DNA from: Phoronis australis
Lineage: Eukaryota > Animalia > Phoronida
DNA length: 64,000 bases
Direction of reading: 5' to 3'
Assembly (NCBI GenBank): GCA_002633005.1
Contig: NMRA01000152.1
Span: forward strand, 360,594-424,593
Shown here: positions 40,301 to 53,906 of the stretch, piece by piece
Numbering within the stretch: position 1 is the first letter of the stretch
How the letters are laid out: each line of letters starts with the position of its first letter
Made by a program: the position numbers and the translations under genes
Notes under the pieces: generated by a model
The model's input: only the letters and a program-made list of their open reading frames with translations
Databases searched by the model: none
What the model was told of the DNA's origin: nothing

Positions 40301-43300
40301 AGAACTTCGACAGTTCATTACTTTGATTGTCTGCTAATGAGTCGGAACTGACATGAATAAAGTAATGTATTTGTGTCCATTTAGTAACCATTTAAAGGGT
40401 GTGCAAGTGTTGAATAGTTCTTGATTACATTACGAATGAGCTTGGTTCCAATCACTGCCAATCGCCATTCTTGAATCTATCTAACGACTCATTCTCAAGC
40501 ACGGACAACTTCTAGGGCACGGGACAGGGCTGTGGCGACCAACGGCGGTTTTAAATTTGAGAAGACCGAATGGGACTCTTGGACTGCGTTGGTCAGGGTA
40601 GCCTACTAACCACATTTGGTTTCGACTCGGCAGTGCGCGTAGTTCCCGTGGTTGAGGTTGAGGCGCAGCGACCCTAAACTTTTCACTCGCGCTGCGAAAT
40701 GATGCGATCTTCACATGGATTTGATAATGCGTTCATATTCCTACATCTTATTCTTTTAGAAATGCAAGTACGTACTCATTTTTCCGTATTAAGACATAAG
40801 GGCAATTTCGCATGCACAAAGTGCATTAGTAACCTAGGGATGTTTTTGGTATAGGTACACCTCTCAATGCATCTAATAACCGAAGTATCGTTTGTTTTTG
40901 CGTGCAAAACTACAGTATGTCTCCAGCTTATGCTCTGTGGTGGCATTATTGTGTTATTTTATATCCACTTGAGATTGAAACAAGTATGTTTCGAAATATT
41001 GTGTACCTTTTAATTATATGTCGCTAGGTCAGTTACTTCATCTATGTTCCGATGAGAGTAGAATTTTATTCCGAACATATGAACGAAACGGAATAAAAAC
41101 TGCCAACAACGATAAGTGTCGTGTGTTAAATCAATTTTGCATATCGGAAAACTTGCTCCCGAAGTACAGCCAACATACACCCCAGTCCACATTTTAGATG
41201 AGACTTGCACGTTGAGGATTTGTCAAATTTTACGAATTTCATTTCCGGTTAAAAACTTCAACATACATTTAATAACAAAAAGGATACAAAAATTGACCAG
41301 AAATGCCATTAAAACGCAACGCTTCTCAAAGGATTACAATAAATACATTACTTTCAGAAGGTCAAACTGGGCTGTAAGTGACGTAATGGGCTCATGCAGA
41401 GTGAGAGTGACCAATAATTCGTCGCGCTATCTGCTTCAACTCAGCGTCTAACACTGAAAGTGTAAATGCCATGAACTCGGTCTTTTCTTAATGGAAACAA
41501 ATAATTCAGTTTTAAGGATGATCAATTCAATACATTGTCCGCCTTGACGAACGAAAGTTACCACTGAAATTGGTATTACCACCTCCTCAACCGACAGTGA
41601 AGCGCCAGTTTTAGGCGTTGATATACTTACCTGTTCAACAGATTACAACAGCCATACCAGAATAATAGATATCGAGGGCAGACTTTTATCGATTTTGCAA
41701 ATTTTTTTGCGGATGAGTTTTTGCAAAAGATGCGGTAATTTGTGATTTTCTTATACCAAATTTTATACGCACGTGCCCCGACCAGTCTTGGTCTTATTTC
41801 ACCTGGTTTCTGAGCTGCCGGAACCATAAAAATCTGTGTCACCCTGACCTATGACAATGTATAGCCAAGCTATTTCAAGAGACCGTGATCTAGGAGGGTC
41901 TTATAACTTCTGGGAGGGCCTTCTAATTTCTTGTATTTATAACTGACTGTACTTTAGTCTGTCACGTGACCTTACCCGCCATGCGACACGCTCGTGTGGC
42001 CAGCACGTAAAGTGGTCATTATCACGAACCGAATTGGCGTTCTCAAAGGCATGCAAGCTTCTTTCAACTATTACGTAAGACAACACTGGCCTGCTATAAA
42101 GCGAAGTGCATGTTTGGCCAAATGTAAACGTTACGCGCGTAAATTACGTGTGTAAATTAATTATTGTTAACAGCGCAAATTGATTCTTAACATCGCAAAT
42201 TAATCACTTCATTTCTGGCAAACGTAATTCTTCAATTGTCACTTTCTAAATTCTTTTCCTTATATATGGTTTCGACTTACGGTTTATCAATTTTCTCACG
42301 AAAAGAACACAATTCGTAAAAAGGTGTAATTCTTTGGGAAAAAGGTGAATGTTCAATGTGAGAAACAGATTTTTGTCAATGAACAAACCGTTGTTAGTGC
42401 CGGAGAAAGCCTGCACAGTTTGTGATCGAGAACGTTTGACTACCCTGCAGTTGAACATGACGAAGTAATTCTACAATTCCTATTCGCAATGAGTAACTAG
42501 CTTCGTTCTTTGTTTGCGGGCGTCAAAAGAAAAACAACTCACCTGTGTTTAGAGGTGGCACCTTCCGGGTTACCGAGGAACCTGTACGGAATTTCACTTG
42601 TTTGACTGTTTGACCTAGGTGTTACAACACCGTATCAACTACATAACTCATTAATCATGGAAATCATTTGTGGAAATTTCACAAAAACAATTAACAACCT
42701 ATTAGGTTGTATATGTCATTGGAGAAAAACAAAAACAATTTAATGAATGCAAAACGAGAAAGGGTATTATGCAATAGTTTTTATTCCCATATGCGCCGGA
42801 GCGTGGTCTGTTCAGTTAATAAATGAACAGGAATAATTACATAGTTTGTCATCGACGGGAAACTGAAAAAATACTTGCATACGGAACATGTCACGTTATT
42901 TATAATTGATTAAAAAAACGTTATTCGCTTGCGTAACGTTGCCCGCGGGGAACACTTTGGCATTTATGGAAAATTGCAACGCCTACATTATATCTTGGTA
43001 CGTTTGATGTATTGGAGGCATTGTTTGTTCAACAGGGAATCTAAATTTAAAAGCGCTGTGTAGCAATTTTGAGCTAATACAAATCAAGTTGATAATTTAG
43101 ATATAATGTTTTCTGGGCTTAACTCCCGTTATTTTATATTGTATTTTTGCAATAAACATTTAAAAAGCTGATAATTTGATATCTCCGTTTACTTTCGCTT
43201 GTTTGAGAAATATTTTGTGGAGGTTACCAAGATTCATTCCCAAATTAAAAGTTCTGTTGTTGTTTTCTTTCTGCTCTTGTAAACGAGAATCAACATTTTC

Positions 43301-44840
43301 TGTACAAGTAGAATACAGACATTTATTTTTAAAACGATTTGACAGAATAATTATCAGAGGTTTTACTGTTGACATTGGTCAGTGTTACGTCTCGGTGCGT
43401 TGACTTTAACTTAACTTGTAAGCCTTTCTCACATAGATGTGCAAAATGCTGCTTTATTTAAAAATCCCTTCCAAACTTTGTTTATGCAAGACATCTGTCT
43501 ATGTTTTGTATCTAAGTTCCATCGGCATGGAGAGTGGAATTAAAGTAACATGCCACAGAAACTAAAATCTAGGTGTATATCGATTGAACAGGTTGATTCA
43601 GCCCTCTACGAACTATCAATTACAACATGTAACACGTAACTTGGTCGCCATCACGGGCCATCGATCATCTCCACGACCACTAGCCCATTTAAGCGATGGC
43701 GGTAGGAGCTGTATTATGCAATAGTTGTGACCATTTGACCGTGAAGGATGGTTGCACTGAAACCCGGAGGGTAACCTACAGACAGTGAAGAATGTTTTGC
43801 TGAAGGCGATAGATTTCCCGTGGGGCATTTCAGTAAAAGAGCTGTGCCGCTCAGATGGGTGTCATTTGCACGACTAGTTTCCCTCCTCCATTTTTTATCA
43901 AGGACGCACAAAACATGTCACAAAATGTGACAGCGAAAATTTTGACAGTTTAAAGGGGGGCTTTCGCTCGCGATGTTCATTTATCAATGTTGAATTTGTA
44001 AAACCAAATCGCTGCGAGGTTTGAAAACATTACCACCCGTCCTTGAACTGACATTAATGATCCGGCTGTTCAAGTCACCGACAATGCACTTTTTTGGAAT
44101 TTGCAATTTTGGGGCAGCGTTGGTGTTGTTCGATCACGGTAATTTGCCAACCGATGGTTACCGCATGGAGCTGGCGATAACTATTGAAGTAAAGTGTATT
44201 GAGAACCAGAAATCACCACAGGTTCATATTTACCTGTTGATAAGCTGTGTTCTATTTTGATATTATTTGATCTGTTACTGTTGTAAGTTTTTTCTAATTG
44301 CTACACAAATAAATGACAATACATACAAATATTTAGCCCAGAAAACTAGCCATTTTCTCCAGGCTTTTAACTATAAAACAATGACTTACCTAAGCAAAAC
44401 ATAATATTGAGCAAAATGCCGAGAGTAAAGAAAACAAAACACAAGAACACAATCATACGGTATACAAAAATATTGTTGTAAGTTAAATTCATACCTGAAA
44501 ATCGTCGGTTCAGAGCCAGGTTACGGTCAAGGTCGCAACTTTTTGGTCAGATGACCTGTAATTTGCATATTTACGCCAATAAAACTGAAAGGGAGATAAT
44601 TGCAGTTTTCCAAATGTATTTATATGCAATCCATTACTCACAAATGGCTGTTTCCTTACATATTTAGTGTATTTTATTTCATAAATCAAAAATTCAGCCT
44701 GTTGAGCAGCTCCCTTACAGGGTCATCGCCTGTATGCCTACGGCATCCACAAGCGATATATTGCTAAAAGCCGCTGGTGGTTTCGATGAACTTTTTCATT
44801 TGGTAATGAAAAGAATTCTGCAACGAAAAGGAATACATGA

Positions 44841-44908
44841 CATGAGCGTCGCAGCACTGAAATAAGTAGGGCTATAGCCACCCAGCCCCCTATGGTGCGC
44901 CGCCCCTG
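44841..44908 (-). mobile_element. MITE family B monomer
   Basis: Reverse complement of the 29496 unit (GCACTGAAA, GGCTATAGCC, CCCCTATGGTGCGCC). Confidence 0.6.
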
Positions 44909-47900
44909 ATTTCATGAGCTTTAATGACTTAATTCAGTTTTTGTTGTTGTTTTTTGACAGCTAAACAACAGAAAAAAAAATAAATGTCATCGTTGTTCAC
45001 TTTGGACTTTGGGTACTGCTTCTGCGGTAATTTGAATAAAAGTCGTTTTGTATTGAGCAAAATAATATGTTGCCGATTCTGTTGCACTTTCGAGAATTTT
45101 GTTTAGTTTGTTTAATTGTATGCTACAGGTCGCATTGTCTGTCCCATCGACAACGTGTATCTCGTAAAAACTAGAGGCCTGTTATTTTGGGGATCGTAAA
45201 TCGGCCACGAGATAGCGTTGCGTCGACATTTTACGAGTTTTCGCTTCGCGTAACTTAGGCAATTAGGCTACATCTTCGGCATACAGGGGCGATAGCATAT
45301 CCCCATAAAAAGATACGCATTTCAAAATACAGCAAATAAAATCGAATGAAACGTGCATGAATGCCTATGGAGTTATAATTAACACATACCATGACTATGA
45401 CTACAATTTAGTCAACATAACTTGAACATATTCATGAAAATCGGTCGCGGTTCGCTTGAGTTTCTCTCATCTGGTGCCATTTTGAGGAAGTTACGAGAAA
45501 TCACGTCTGTTAACGAACAAAAAGTCCAAGGGACAAAAAACTCGCTATTTTGTAAGTGTCACGCGCCAGGTCACGCGCTTCGCTCAGTCTCGCGCTAGCC
45601 TTTGCCTAACTCACGTGACTCAGTTGAAATATTTTGTGGTTATCGCGCGCGGTGAAAAAGTTAACGGTGATCAAAAAGTGGAGTTGGAATTCTTCTCCAA
45701 AGTCACCTTAATTCTTGTAGATATGCTTCATCGATGATATGTGTAGAAGCAGAAAGGATCACTGAAGAAAGTAAGCGCTTTTTAAGTGATAGTTTTAAGT
45801 GTGGGATGTATTTTTGACGAGGTGAAAACTTAATCGGTGACCGGATATAGCCAACCGCCCTTTTAAAATACATGGGACGAAATGCGTACAGAAAGCGATG
45901 GGAAGTATTGTAGCCCCTGACCGGTCAACCGAGGGGCTACGTGTTGCCTATGCGTAACTCTAGTTCCGCCGCCCTTTGAGAAATTCTCCTGAAATTTCGT
46001 AGTAGAAAAACCTCGACAAGGGTTATTTGCAGTTTACGTTTGTTTCTCGTTAGAATTTCCCATTCTTGAGTACCTCGAAATTTTATCATGAGTTTTCTTC
46101 TATTGGTTGATTTCTAGTGACATCTTACTGAAATTAAGTACATGAATAGATCTCAAGAGCTACCAGGCGTTTATAACACTTCTTGCTAGAACTCTGCGAT
46201 TTCTTCCAATCTCTTTTAGTGTTCCCGAAAATCGTTCAAGGCGCTAAAATGGCTGCTTTTTCGAGATCTTGATTTTAGAATCCTGTGATGGACGCAAATT
46301 GATCATGTATCTTTGAAATGATCTTATATCACTGTGGTGAGTCGTAAGCCAACGTCAGCGCATCGGCTTGGTCAGGTCAGAATCAACCGTAACCAAATAC
46401 AGACGAAAGACGAAAAAAAAACATGAACTACCTTGTAATACCGGGCATCAAAAGCAGTGAATGCTATAATTTCTGCTTCTGAGGTAAACGTCTTCTGTTT
46501 CCCTTTCTCGCAAATTGTCTCTTTGTCGAACTATTTTTGGGCTGACTCATGAAATGTCGTTCAAGCTTTCCAGGGCTTGTCAATAAGAGACCGTAGAGGT
46601 TAGGTGGCACTGAATAGTTAGGCTGCGGCCAATTTGCACCCCCAAAATATTGAAAGTTTGGGGTAGGCCAAGTTTGGGGGCATTTTGTAGGTGGGCATTG
46701 CACGTAGGCTCAGTGAATGTGGTTTGTTTGTATTTGTGAACATACTGTGAATAAAAAAGGCCACTTTCTTGGCTGTAGCTGCACTCTTCTTCAAGATGGC
46801 GGCCCCCGGCTGCAATTGTGCATTGTTGGGTAGCGACCGACAAATTGGCTGTGATTTTAGGTAGCCCTCAAACAAGCAAGAATTGCCAAAAAAACTAGTT
46901 GGTTGACAGTACTTTTGGACCACATTTTCGGAATCGGTAGGAAATTTGCTTTCAGACTCTAATGTTGGCTTTAGTCGTGCATCGGCAGGGAAGTGGTGTT
47001 TTTTGGGTGAAGAGTGCCGATTTTGCATTTTTTGCCCTTATTTTTCTTAGTCTAGCTTGGTTTTCAGTGGGAATGAAATGGTCAAAAATACAAGAGAGAA
47101 TAAAGTTTCTGTGCTCATCTGCAGGGCTTTTTATGTGAAATAATTGAAAACATGCCATTCTTTGCATCCTGTTTTTGACAGAGTGAAGAAAAGGTGACAA
47201 ATCAAGTGATGTGTGTTTTGCTGGGCAAAACCCAGTGAGAACTGTTCTGTGCCTCCTTAACGTCTTTGGACACACTCTGTAGCAGTCTCGCCATCTGGTG
47301 ACTGAGTGATGAGTGGATTACATACATGCCGGTTGATTGTCTTGTTCTAAGGACGGAAAATTTGATCACGTCGTGTCCAACCTAAGCACTAATTGGGCCA
47401 GGCCTGGGTGTCATTGAAAGGTTATTAAAGCGTCGTTTGTCGACCTAAAACGGCTAACTTGCACGCAAAACCATGCATTAATTACCCCAAGATGAGAAAG
47501 GTGTTCGGATATTTTTGAAAGAACGTCACCACTTGTTTTTTGTTATGGGAAAACACCCGGCTTCCTTCTTCGTAAACTCATGTGTCAGTGTAGGTTTACA
47601 ACATTTACGTGATAGAACTAACCAATCTATGTTATTCAGTGATAACATTTTTGTTTGTTTCAAAGGCAGTGTTCCCCCGGAATGATGACCGAAAAAGGAA
47701 GAACACACTCGAATGCCTCTGAAATAATACCCGCATAAATGAAGTAATTTCAGATTGGAGAAAGTAATAGGGTGTAAAATGTCAGGCGGTCGTCGACTCT
47801 TGGCTGTATTTGACTCAATTCATACTCCGCGTTGGCATACCGTAGCTCAACACAAAACAACTAACGTGAATTTCTCATAGTAGTCCCGCGGAATATATTT

Positions 47901-48094
47901 TGGAAAATTGCAATATTTTAAAATATATATCGTTAAAACGAACCAAATTCTCCAGTATTAGATAAAAATAAAAGAATGACATTAGCTTTTGAGCATGAGA
48001 ATATTTTTACCTAACTTCCTATTTCCCCTAATATAAACCGGGGGCACTTACAGAAACTGGTGGCATACCGACGTAAAATGTACCGGCAAAATAC

Positions 48095-48407
48095 CCCGGT
48101 GGGATCATTCATATCTAGAAGGTGCCCGTAGGCGTGTACCAAAATTGCAGGTAAGCGGTACTTTTTCAGCAAATTTTGCAGGACGCGCGCGTGATCCAAT
48201 AGGCCCCTAAATTTCTATTTTGTCCCCGCAAAAGGCCCACTGAATTGGCCTCAGCCTTGTAAAAGGCTCACTAGCCATCTTCCTACCGAAAAATCTACCT
48301 TGTAAAAAGGGATGGGAATTAGTACACCTCAATGGCACCCGCAATAGGTCTCTCAGTATTTTTGTACACCCCTGCGGGCACCTTGTCAATATGAGTGACC
48401 CCTCGGG
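48095..48407. mobile_element. MITE with ~52-bp imperfect TIRs (CCCG...CGGG)
   Basis: CCCGGTGGGATCATTCATATCTAGAAGGTGCCCGTAGGCGTGTAC matches the reverse complement of GTACACCCCTGCGGGCACCTTGTCAATATGAGTGACCCCTCGGG. Flanks are CAAAATAC and CAAAATAT (8-bp TSD, one mismatch). Confidence 0.7.
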
Positions 48408-48972
48408 CAAAATATCCCTGGACCAATATGTGTTAGAGCATATGGTATCTACGGTACAGTTAGTTATGTTTATCATGTGGACATGCCAAGAAGTGCTAGA
48501 ATAGTTTTGTTTATCATAAATCCTTGTTTTTGTTTGACACAAGGTAACAATGGTCGTTTCTGGAAACCCAACAAAACCTAAGAAATTAAAATTGGCTTAG
48601 AAATTGGGTCAACGGGGTGAAATTCGGAAAATGTTCCGAATTTAGGCCCATGGGCCACAGCCCGTTTGCGGAAATTCCGTCCCGGTAGATGGATTAAAGC
48701 GACCATGGGACCTAACTATTACAACTTTTGAGTTTCTGCAGCAACAATGATCTTGTAGTTCCTCGCTCAGCATGAAAGCACTCTAAGGTGTACCTTCAGG
48801 GTTGGGGAAGAACCGATTATTCGGCTTGAGAGTAGAGACCGTTCACAGCGCATATAATGACTCTCAATGAACAGTTAATTTATCGAACCTGGGCCCGGGG
48901 ACAAATCTTTTTGCTAGAAATTGAAATGATTTTTGGTATTTTTATTCTGTTAGTGCGAACTCAAGACAAGTG

Positions 48973-49582
48973 TTAATTATTCGACGCTCGAGTGCATAAC
49001 GGCTTACAGGGATAACTGCCTAGCTCTAGTACGCACTTGGAGACCCCGGCCTCACGGCTGAAAGTCCGAGTTAAATTAATTATTCGACGCTCGAGTGCAT
49101 AACGGCTAGCAGGGATAACTGCCTAGCTCTAGCACGCACTTGGTGACCCCGGCCTCAAGGCTGAAAGTCCGAGTTAAATTAATTATTCGACGCGCAAGTG
49201 CATAACGGCTTGCAGGGATAACTGCCTAGCTCTAGTACGCACTTGGTGACCCCGGCCTTAAGGCTGAAAGTTCGAGTTAAATTAATTATTTGAGGATCGA
49301 GTGCATAACGGCTTGCAGGGAACACTGCCTAGCTCTAGTACGCACTTGGTGACCCCGGCCTCAAGGCTGAAAGTCCGAGTTAAATTAATTATTCGACGCT
49401 CGAGTGCATAACGTCTTGCAGGGATAACTGCCTAGCTCTAGTACGCACTTGGTGACCCCGGCCTCAAGGCTGAAAGTCCGAGTTAAATTAATTATTCGAC
49501 GCTCGAGTGCATAACGTCTTGCAGGGATAACTGCCTAGCTCTAGTACGCACTTGGTGACCCCGGCCTCAAGGCTGGAAGTCC
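48973..49582. repeat. Tandem repeat, about 6 x 103 bp, highly similar copies
   Basis: Unit TTAATTATTCGACGCTCGAGTGCATAACGGCTTGCAGGGATAACTGCCTAGCTCTAGTACGCACTTGGTGACCCCGGCCTCAAGGCTGAAAGTCCGAGTTAAA. The TCGACG anchor recurs at 48981, 49084, 49187, about 49290 (variant), 49393 and 49496. Confidence 0.97.
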
Positions 49583-49655
49583 GCGAGTTTGTAGCTCGAA
49601 ATGAGGAGTCATGAAGAGCAAACTTGGATTAGAATTCACATGCATAAATCTTAAA

Positions 49656-50620
49656 GTTGTAGTAGTAATAATCTTTATTCAAAAGTCGGTGAGATTTTAA
49701 GCTTTAACAACGAAATATGTGCGCACCCAGCCTTCAATATGCGGAGCTCGAATGCCTGATGTTGTGGACCTTTTGCTAACCCAAAACCCAAGGAGTGGGC
49801 GGACTAAAAAAAAAGAAAAAAGAAAAAAAACGGGAACAGCACTGTGAATTGCACGTTTGCACTTATTTAGTGGGCTTTAGTCCCATTTTCTCGGACTTTT
49901 TGTCTCTCGGGGGCGAACCTTTTTGCACTCTTCGCCAAATGGCACCCCCAGGGTGCGCACATGCCACATTAGCACAAGGGTTATAATTCGACAATTTTAA
50001 AAATCTGCAAACTTAAACTATAAAAACTTAAACTACTAGCTTATTATACAGTACAGATATAAGTTTAACATTAATACAAAAGTACATGCAAGTGTTACGG
50101 GGTGTGGTGTAGACAACTGTAACAGTTCTTCCAAGAGCAGTTCACAGAGAAAAATCACTGATCAGCAAGTGTGACAAATTCAGTACATTGCAGTACATTG
50201 TCTCATTGCCGATGGCAATGAGTACCACAGCAAAGTACCCTCATGGGAGATAGAGTTACACCCGTAGATCATGGTATTAAAACGTTTTACATAGAGACAG
50301 TTTTCACCTCTGATACCATCTACTGACTCTAAATTCAAGCTTTCGTGACAAAGGACATTGCGAGTACCTTGACTCACCGTCATTGAACACACATTTTAAA
50401 GCACGGTCTTGTACGTTTTCCATTTTCTTACTTTTCTGTATTCCACATTGGTGCCAAACGAGGGGGCTGTGATTAAAATATGATCTGATAAATGCGTAAT
50501 ATAACTTAAGGTTACTGTTAGTGCCTAAAACATTACGACGACGGAACAAGGCATTCATTTGTCTAGAAGCTTTTTTGCAGATAACGTCAACGCGCTCATG
50601 GAATTTTAACTGGCTGAAGA
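49656..50620 (-). mobile_element. 5'-truncated LINE (CR1/L2-type): ORF2 C-terminus, 3' UTR and tail
   Basis: LKFHERVDVICKKASRQMNAL...KLYYAFIRSYFNHSPLVWHQC...KMENVQDRALKCV and GTLLWYSLP are typical post-RT LINE motifs. The minus strand ends in AATAAAG followed by an (ATT/ACT)n tail at 49679->49656. Interrupted by a MITE. Confidence 0.78.
49716..49963 (-). mobile_element. MITE family A, copy 2 (inserted in the LINE 3' UTR)
   Basis: TIR ATGTGCGCACCC...GGGTGCGCACAT. Internal TTCGCCAAATGG and GGACCTTTT are reverse complements of copy-1 motifs. Confidence 0.7.
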
Positions 50621-50649
50621 GAACAGAACTAGACCACAGCCTAATTGAC

Positions 50650-51010
50650 ACTTAAATCGAATTCGCAAAAAGGCCCCCAGATCTCACTGCAATATCAACG
50701 GCACCCAGTGACATCAATCGTACTGTCCGACGGTATGGTAGGTTTAGCTCAAGGTTTCTCTGACGAGAAAAGTGGAGAATGGGGAAGGAGCATCCATAAT
50801 TTTTTTACGATAGACCAAGGGGCAGTGGTGGCTACCGAGCTCCAGTGGGCAGACCGGGTGCAACAGTGCAAGTGTGGTGATGTGGTGGCAACTGATCTGG
50901 GCGAGGGTCAAAGTGGCAGCAGCATCCTTGGGAGTAGATCTTGTAGACGAATATTCTATCACACTTCCTCATGTCCGAAACAACAAGCCTGTACCTAATT
51001 TGAACATTAC
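50650..51010 (-). mobile_element. Possible second, highly decayed LINE fragment
   Basis: SVIEYSS and IFVYKIY snippets resemble CR1 ORF2 C-terminal motifs; weak. Confidence 0.3.
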
Positions 51011-53906
51011 GTTTAACTAAAGGCCACGTAGCTTGTATATACATATCTTATACATCGGCCAGACCACTTTTACACCCGAGGAGATGCATTTCCCAGGTCC
51101 ACGCTGTTTGTCGCCACCACCTCGGCTTCAGTAACTTCACTGCATACAGTGTGCGAGTTAGGGACACTTTAAATAACCCCTCAATTTCTTGAATGATACC
51201 ACTCCCCCACGATCCGCCCTATGCCGATCAAGCACTCGCTTTTTGCGTCCTGATTCACGGTCGATTTCTCCCCTACCACCGACACCTGGCAGTGCCACGC
51301 GGATAATGAATAAACAGAATGATATATACTTTCAACATAGTTAATGTTCATGTATGCATTGCACAAATCAAATGATGACATGTACATGTTTGTAGCCTGC
51401 AGGAAAGATGCTGCCTTCCAATAGATGTCTCCCTGATCAGTCAAATTACAGAGTAGGCAACGTTGAGAACTGAGACAGTAACACTCAAGAGTATTTGGCG
51501 TGCATAAACTTAGAATCCTGCTCAGTCTTATGATCGGGTATGCTTGAACATGGAATACGGGAGGACGTTTAGTTTGAAAAAAATTGCACAACACTGAAAT
51601 AAATTACATGATATAAAATGTCAATTTTAAGCAAACTCTTTTCAACTATTGGTGGTCTTATTCACTAAACAATATTTCATTACTAACCTTTTACATATCT
51701 CACAGATTCTGTAACACAAGTTCTGATATTAAGGGAGAAAATGAGTGATTCTGATGCAAATAACTACAAAAATTCTTTACACTGAACCCAAAATTTCATC
51801 CATTGTCTTAATGTATATTTAATTCCAAGTTCACGCATATGCATGCAGTCTTGAGATTCTGCAGTATTCCATGTTCACGTGCAGCATATTGACCAGGATT
51901 TCGACAATCAGTTAACCAAAACATGTTTGCCAGAAGGGAGTTTCGTATGCACACCCTATCATAGATCATAACATTTGGCAAAGTTAAACTCTACCACAAC
52001 TACCATAACTATCAATAGCAACTGAAGAACCATCCTTCATGCAAAGTCTATCTTGAATGTTTATGATGAATGCAATCTCACTCAGCTATTGCCATTCAAT
52101 GTTAACACGACAATTATCCGACCAAAAAACTCAAGTTAATATTTTAGAAATACTTGGTTTGAAAGTTGACTAAGGCAGAGACATCTGGACGTCTGCATAA
52201 GATACAATGTACCAGACATGCACTGAAATAGAAGGCCCAAGCTCTCACCTGCGGCAGTAGCTCATTGAATTTATCTCCACCTGGTGTTGAAAGAGTAAAC
52301 TATTCATGCAACAACATACCTGACAGATGTACACCTAAAAGTTGAAATGGAACAATCTTTCAAGAAAAAACCTTTCTATGTCTATACCACACCCATTTTA
52401 CAGGGAACACAATAGTAATCTTTCAACAAAAGAAAATCAGAAGGTCAAAATGTAACAACAAAATCTATAACAGAAAAATGTCCAAGAACAAAAAAAGCAT
52501 ATTTAAGTCCAAAACTGGTTGAAATCACCAGATGACACTTGAGGGAAATTTTTGTAGTCAAATATTTACAATGTGCTCCAGCTTAATAAATGAATAACAA
52601 CAAACCCAAAAACATTGCAATTCCCTTATACAGCTCAAGACGAAGCGATGAGACATGCATCCAACAATTACCACTGAACACTAGTAAGTTTCCAGCTGTC
52701 TTGGTCAAATAAATACAAAAATTTTAGGCCACATTCGCAATACTTTTCCATAAAAGGAAACATTGCACTTACCCGCTAACAGAGTAAATATTTTCAGATC
52801 TCAACAGTGCTTGAAAATGAAGCAAATTAATCACAGCAGTTCTTAGGCCACAGATTATAATCCACACAAATAAAAAATATCCCCCATCCAAAAATAGTAA
52901 CATTTAAAAGTACATATAGCAATAATCTAAATGCAACAATTGGCATTATTACCAAACCTTAAGCCTTACTAGTAAAAAATAGGTAACCATATTTGGGCAT
53001 CAACATTACTAAAATGGCAAATGTATAAAAATAAAAGCTGTATGGCACCAGTCATCAGGCTAAACACGGAAATTGAATTGGACCGCTTACTTTCATGAAA
53101 TCGGCCTCGTACTATCCTTCACCATGATAGGAATCCATTTGCGCTACCCATAGGCAAAGCATACACGTGCTATTTTGGAATGAATTCAGTTTTTCTCAAG
53201 CCGGCAATGGTTTCCATGTTCTTGTTGGTAACCGAAATACAATCCGACTTCAAAAACGCTGTGATCAAAAAAAACCTCGGAGTTTGTTGGGGTTGACAAA
53301 CCTTAAAATTACAAATTAAAGGATGTGTCGTGTACACATTGCCTGTGACTTCAGCTAATAACGGAATAGAAAACTATCACAGAAAGGAATATTATGAGGC
53401 TGATTTAAGGGGAACAAAAGACCCAATACAATGTTTGTTTTTTTTTAAGTCAGAGAAACAGAGCAAAATGACACTGAGGATCCACATCAGGTTGTAACAA
53501 GTTCAAAGACTTGCCTAAATGGACACAACAGTCTTTACACACAGCATACTGATACCATATCACAGTGATTGACGTCAGCCACTCCTTAGACAAAAGAGTG
53601 TCAAGAAAGAAGTACATGAGCTAAAACTGCTTTTCACATGTAAGATAATACCAACAAAACGTGGTTCAAGTTGTAACAACTTGTCACGATTAGGCCTATT
53701 TTCAACTCACAACCAGTTTGCATTTGGACTAGTAGCAGACATCTAACTACATGATCTGGCACAATTTGCACAATTTGCAAAAATTGACAACATTATCATG
53801 CCAACTTCTGTTTACGCAATCGTCAAACACTTGCATCTCAAAACCAAGCTCCGTGTCAATTTGCGCCATATCTAAGTTGTTTTCTGATGTGTTCACAGTC
53901 GTCTCA

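Noticed and set aside
39987-40337. 116-aa ORF with repeated KVHYS
   Set aside because: Arises from the 16-bp minisatellite.
46464-47275. Overlapping 79-136 aa minus-strand ORFs near a CAAGATGGCGGC (YY1-like) motif
   Set aside because: No recognisable domain or splice structure; probably repeat-derived, boundaries not definable.
49004-49020. ACAGGGATAACTG resembles a conserved LSU rRNA segment and the I-SceI site
   Set aside because: The match is about 13 nt and the flanks do not continue as rRNA.
48973-49582. CRISPR array
   Set aside because: The whole 103-bp unit is repeated with no unique spacers; no cas genes; eukaryotic context.
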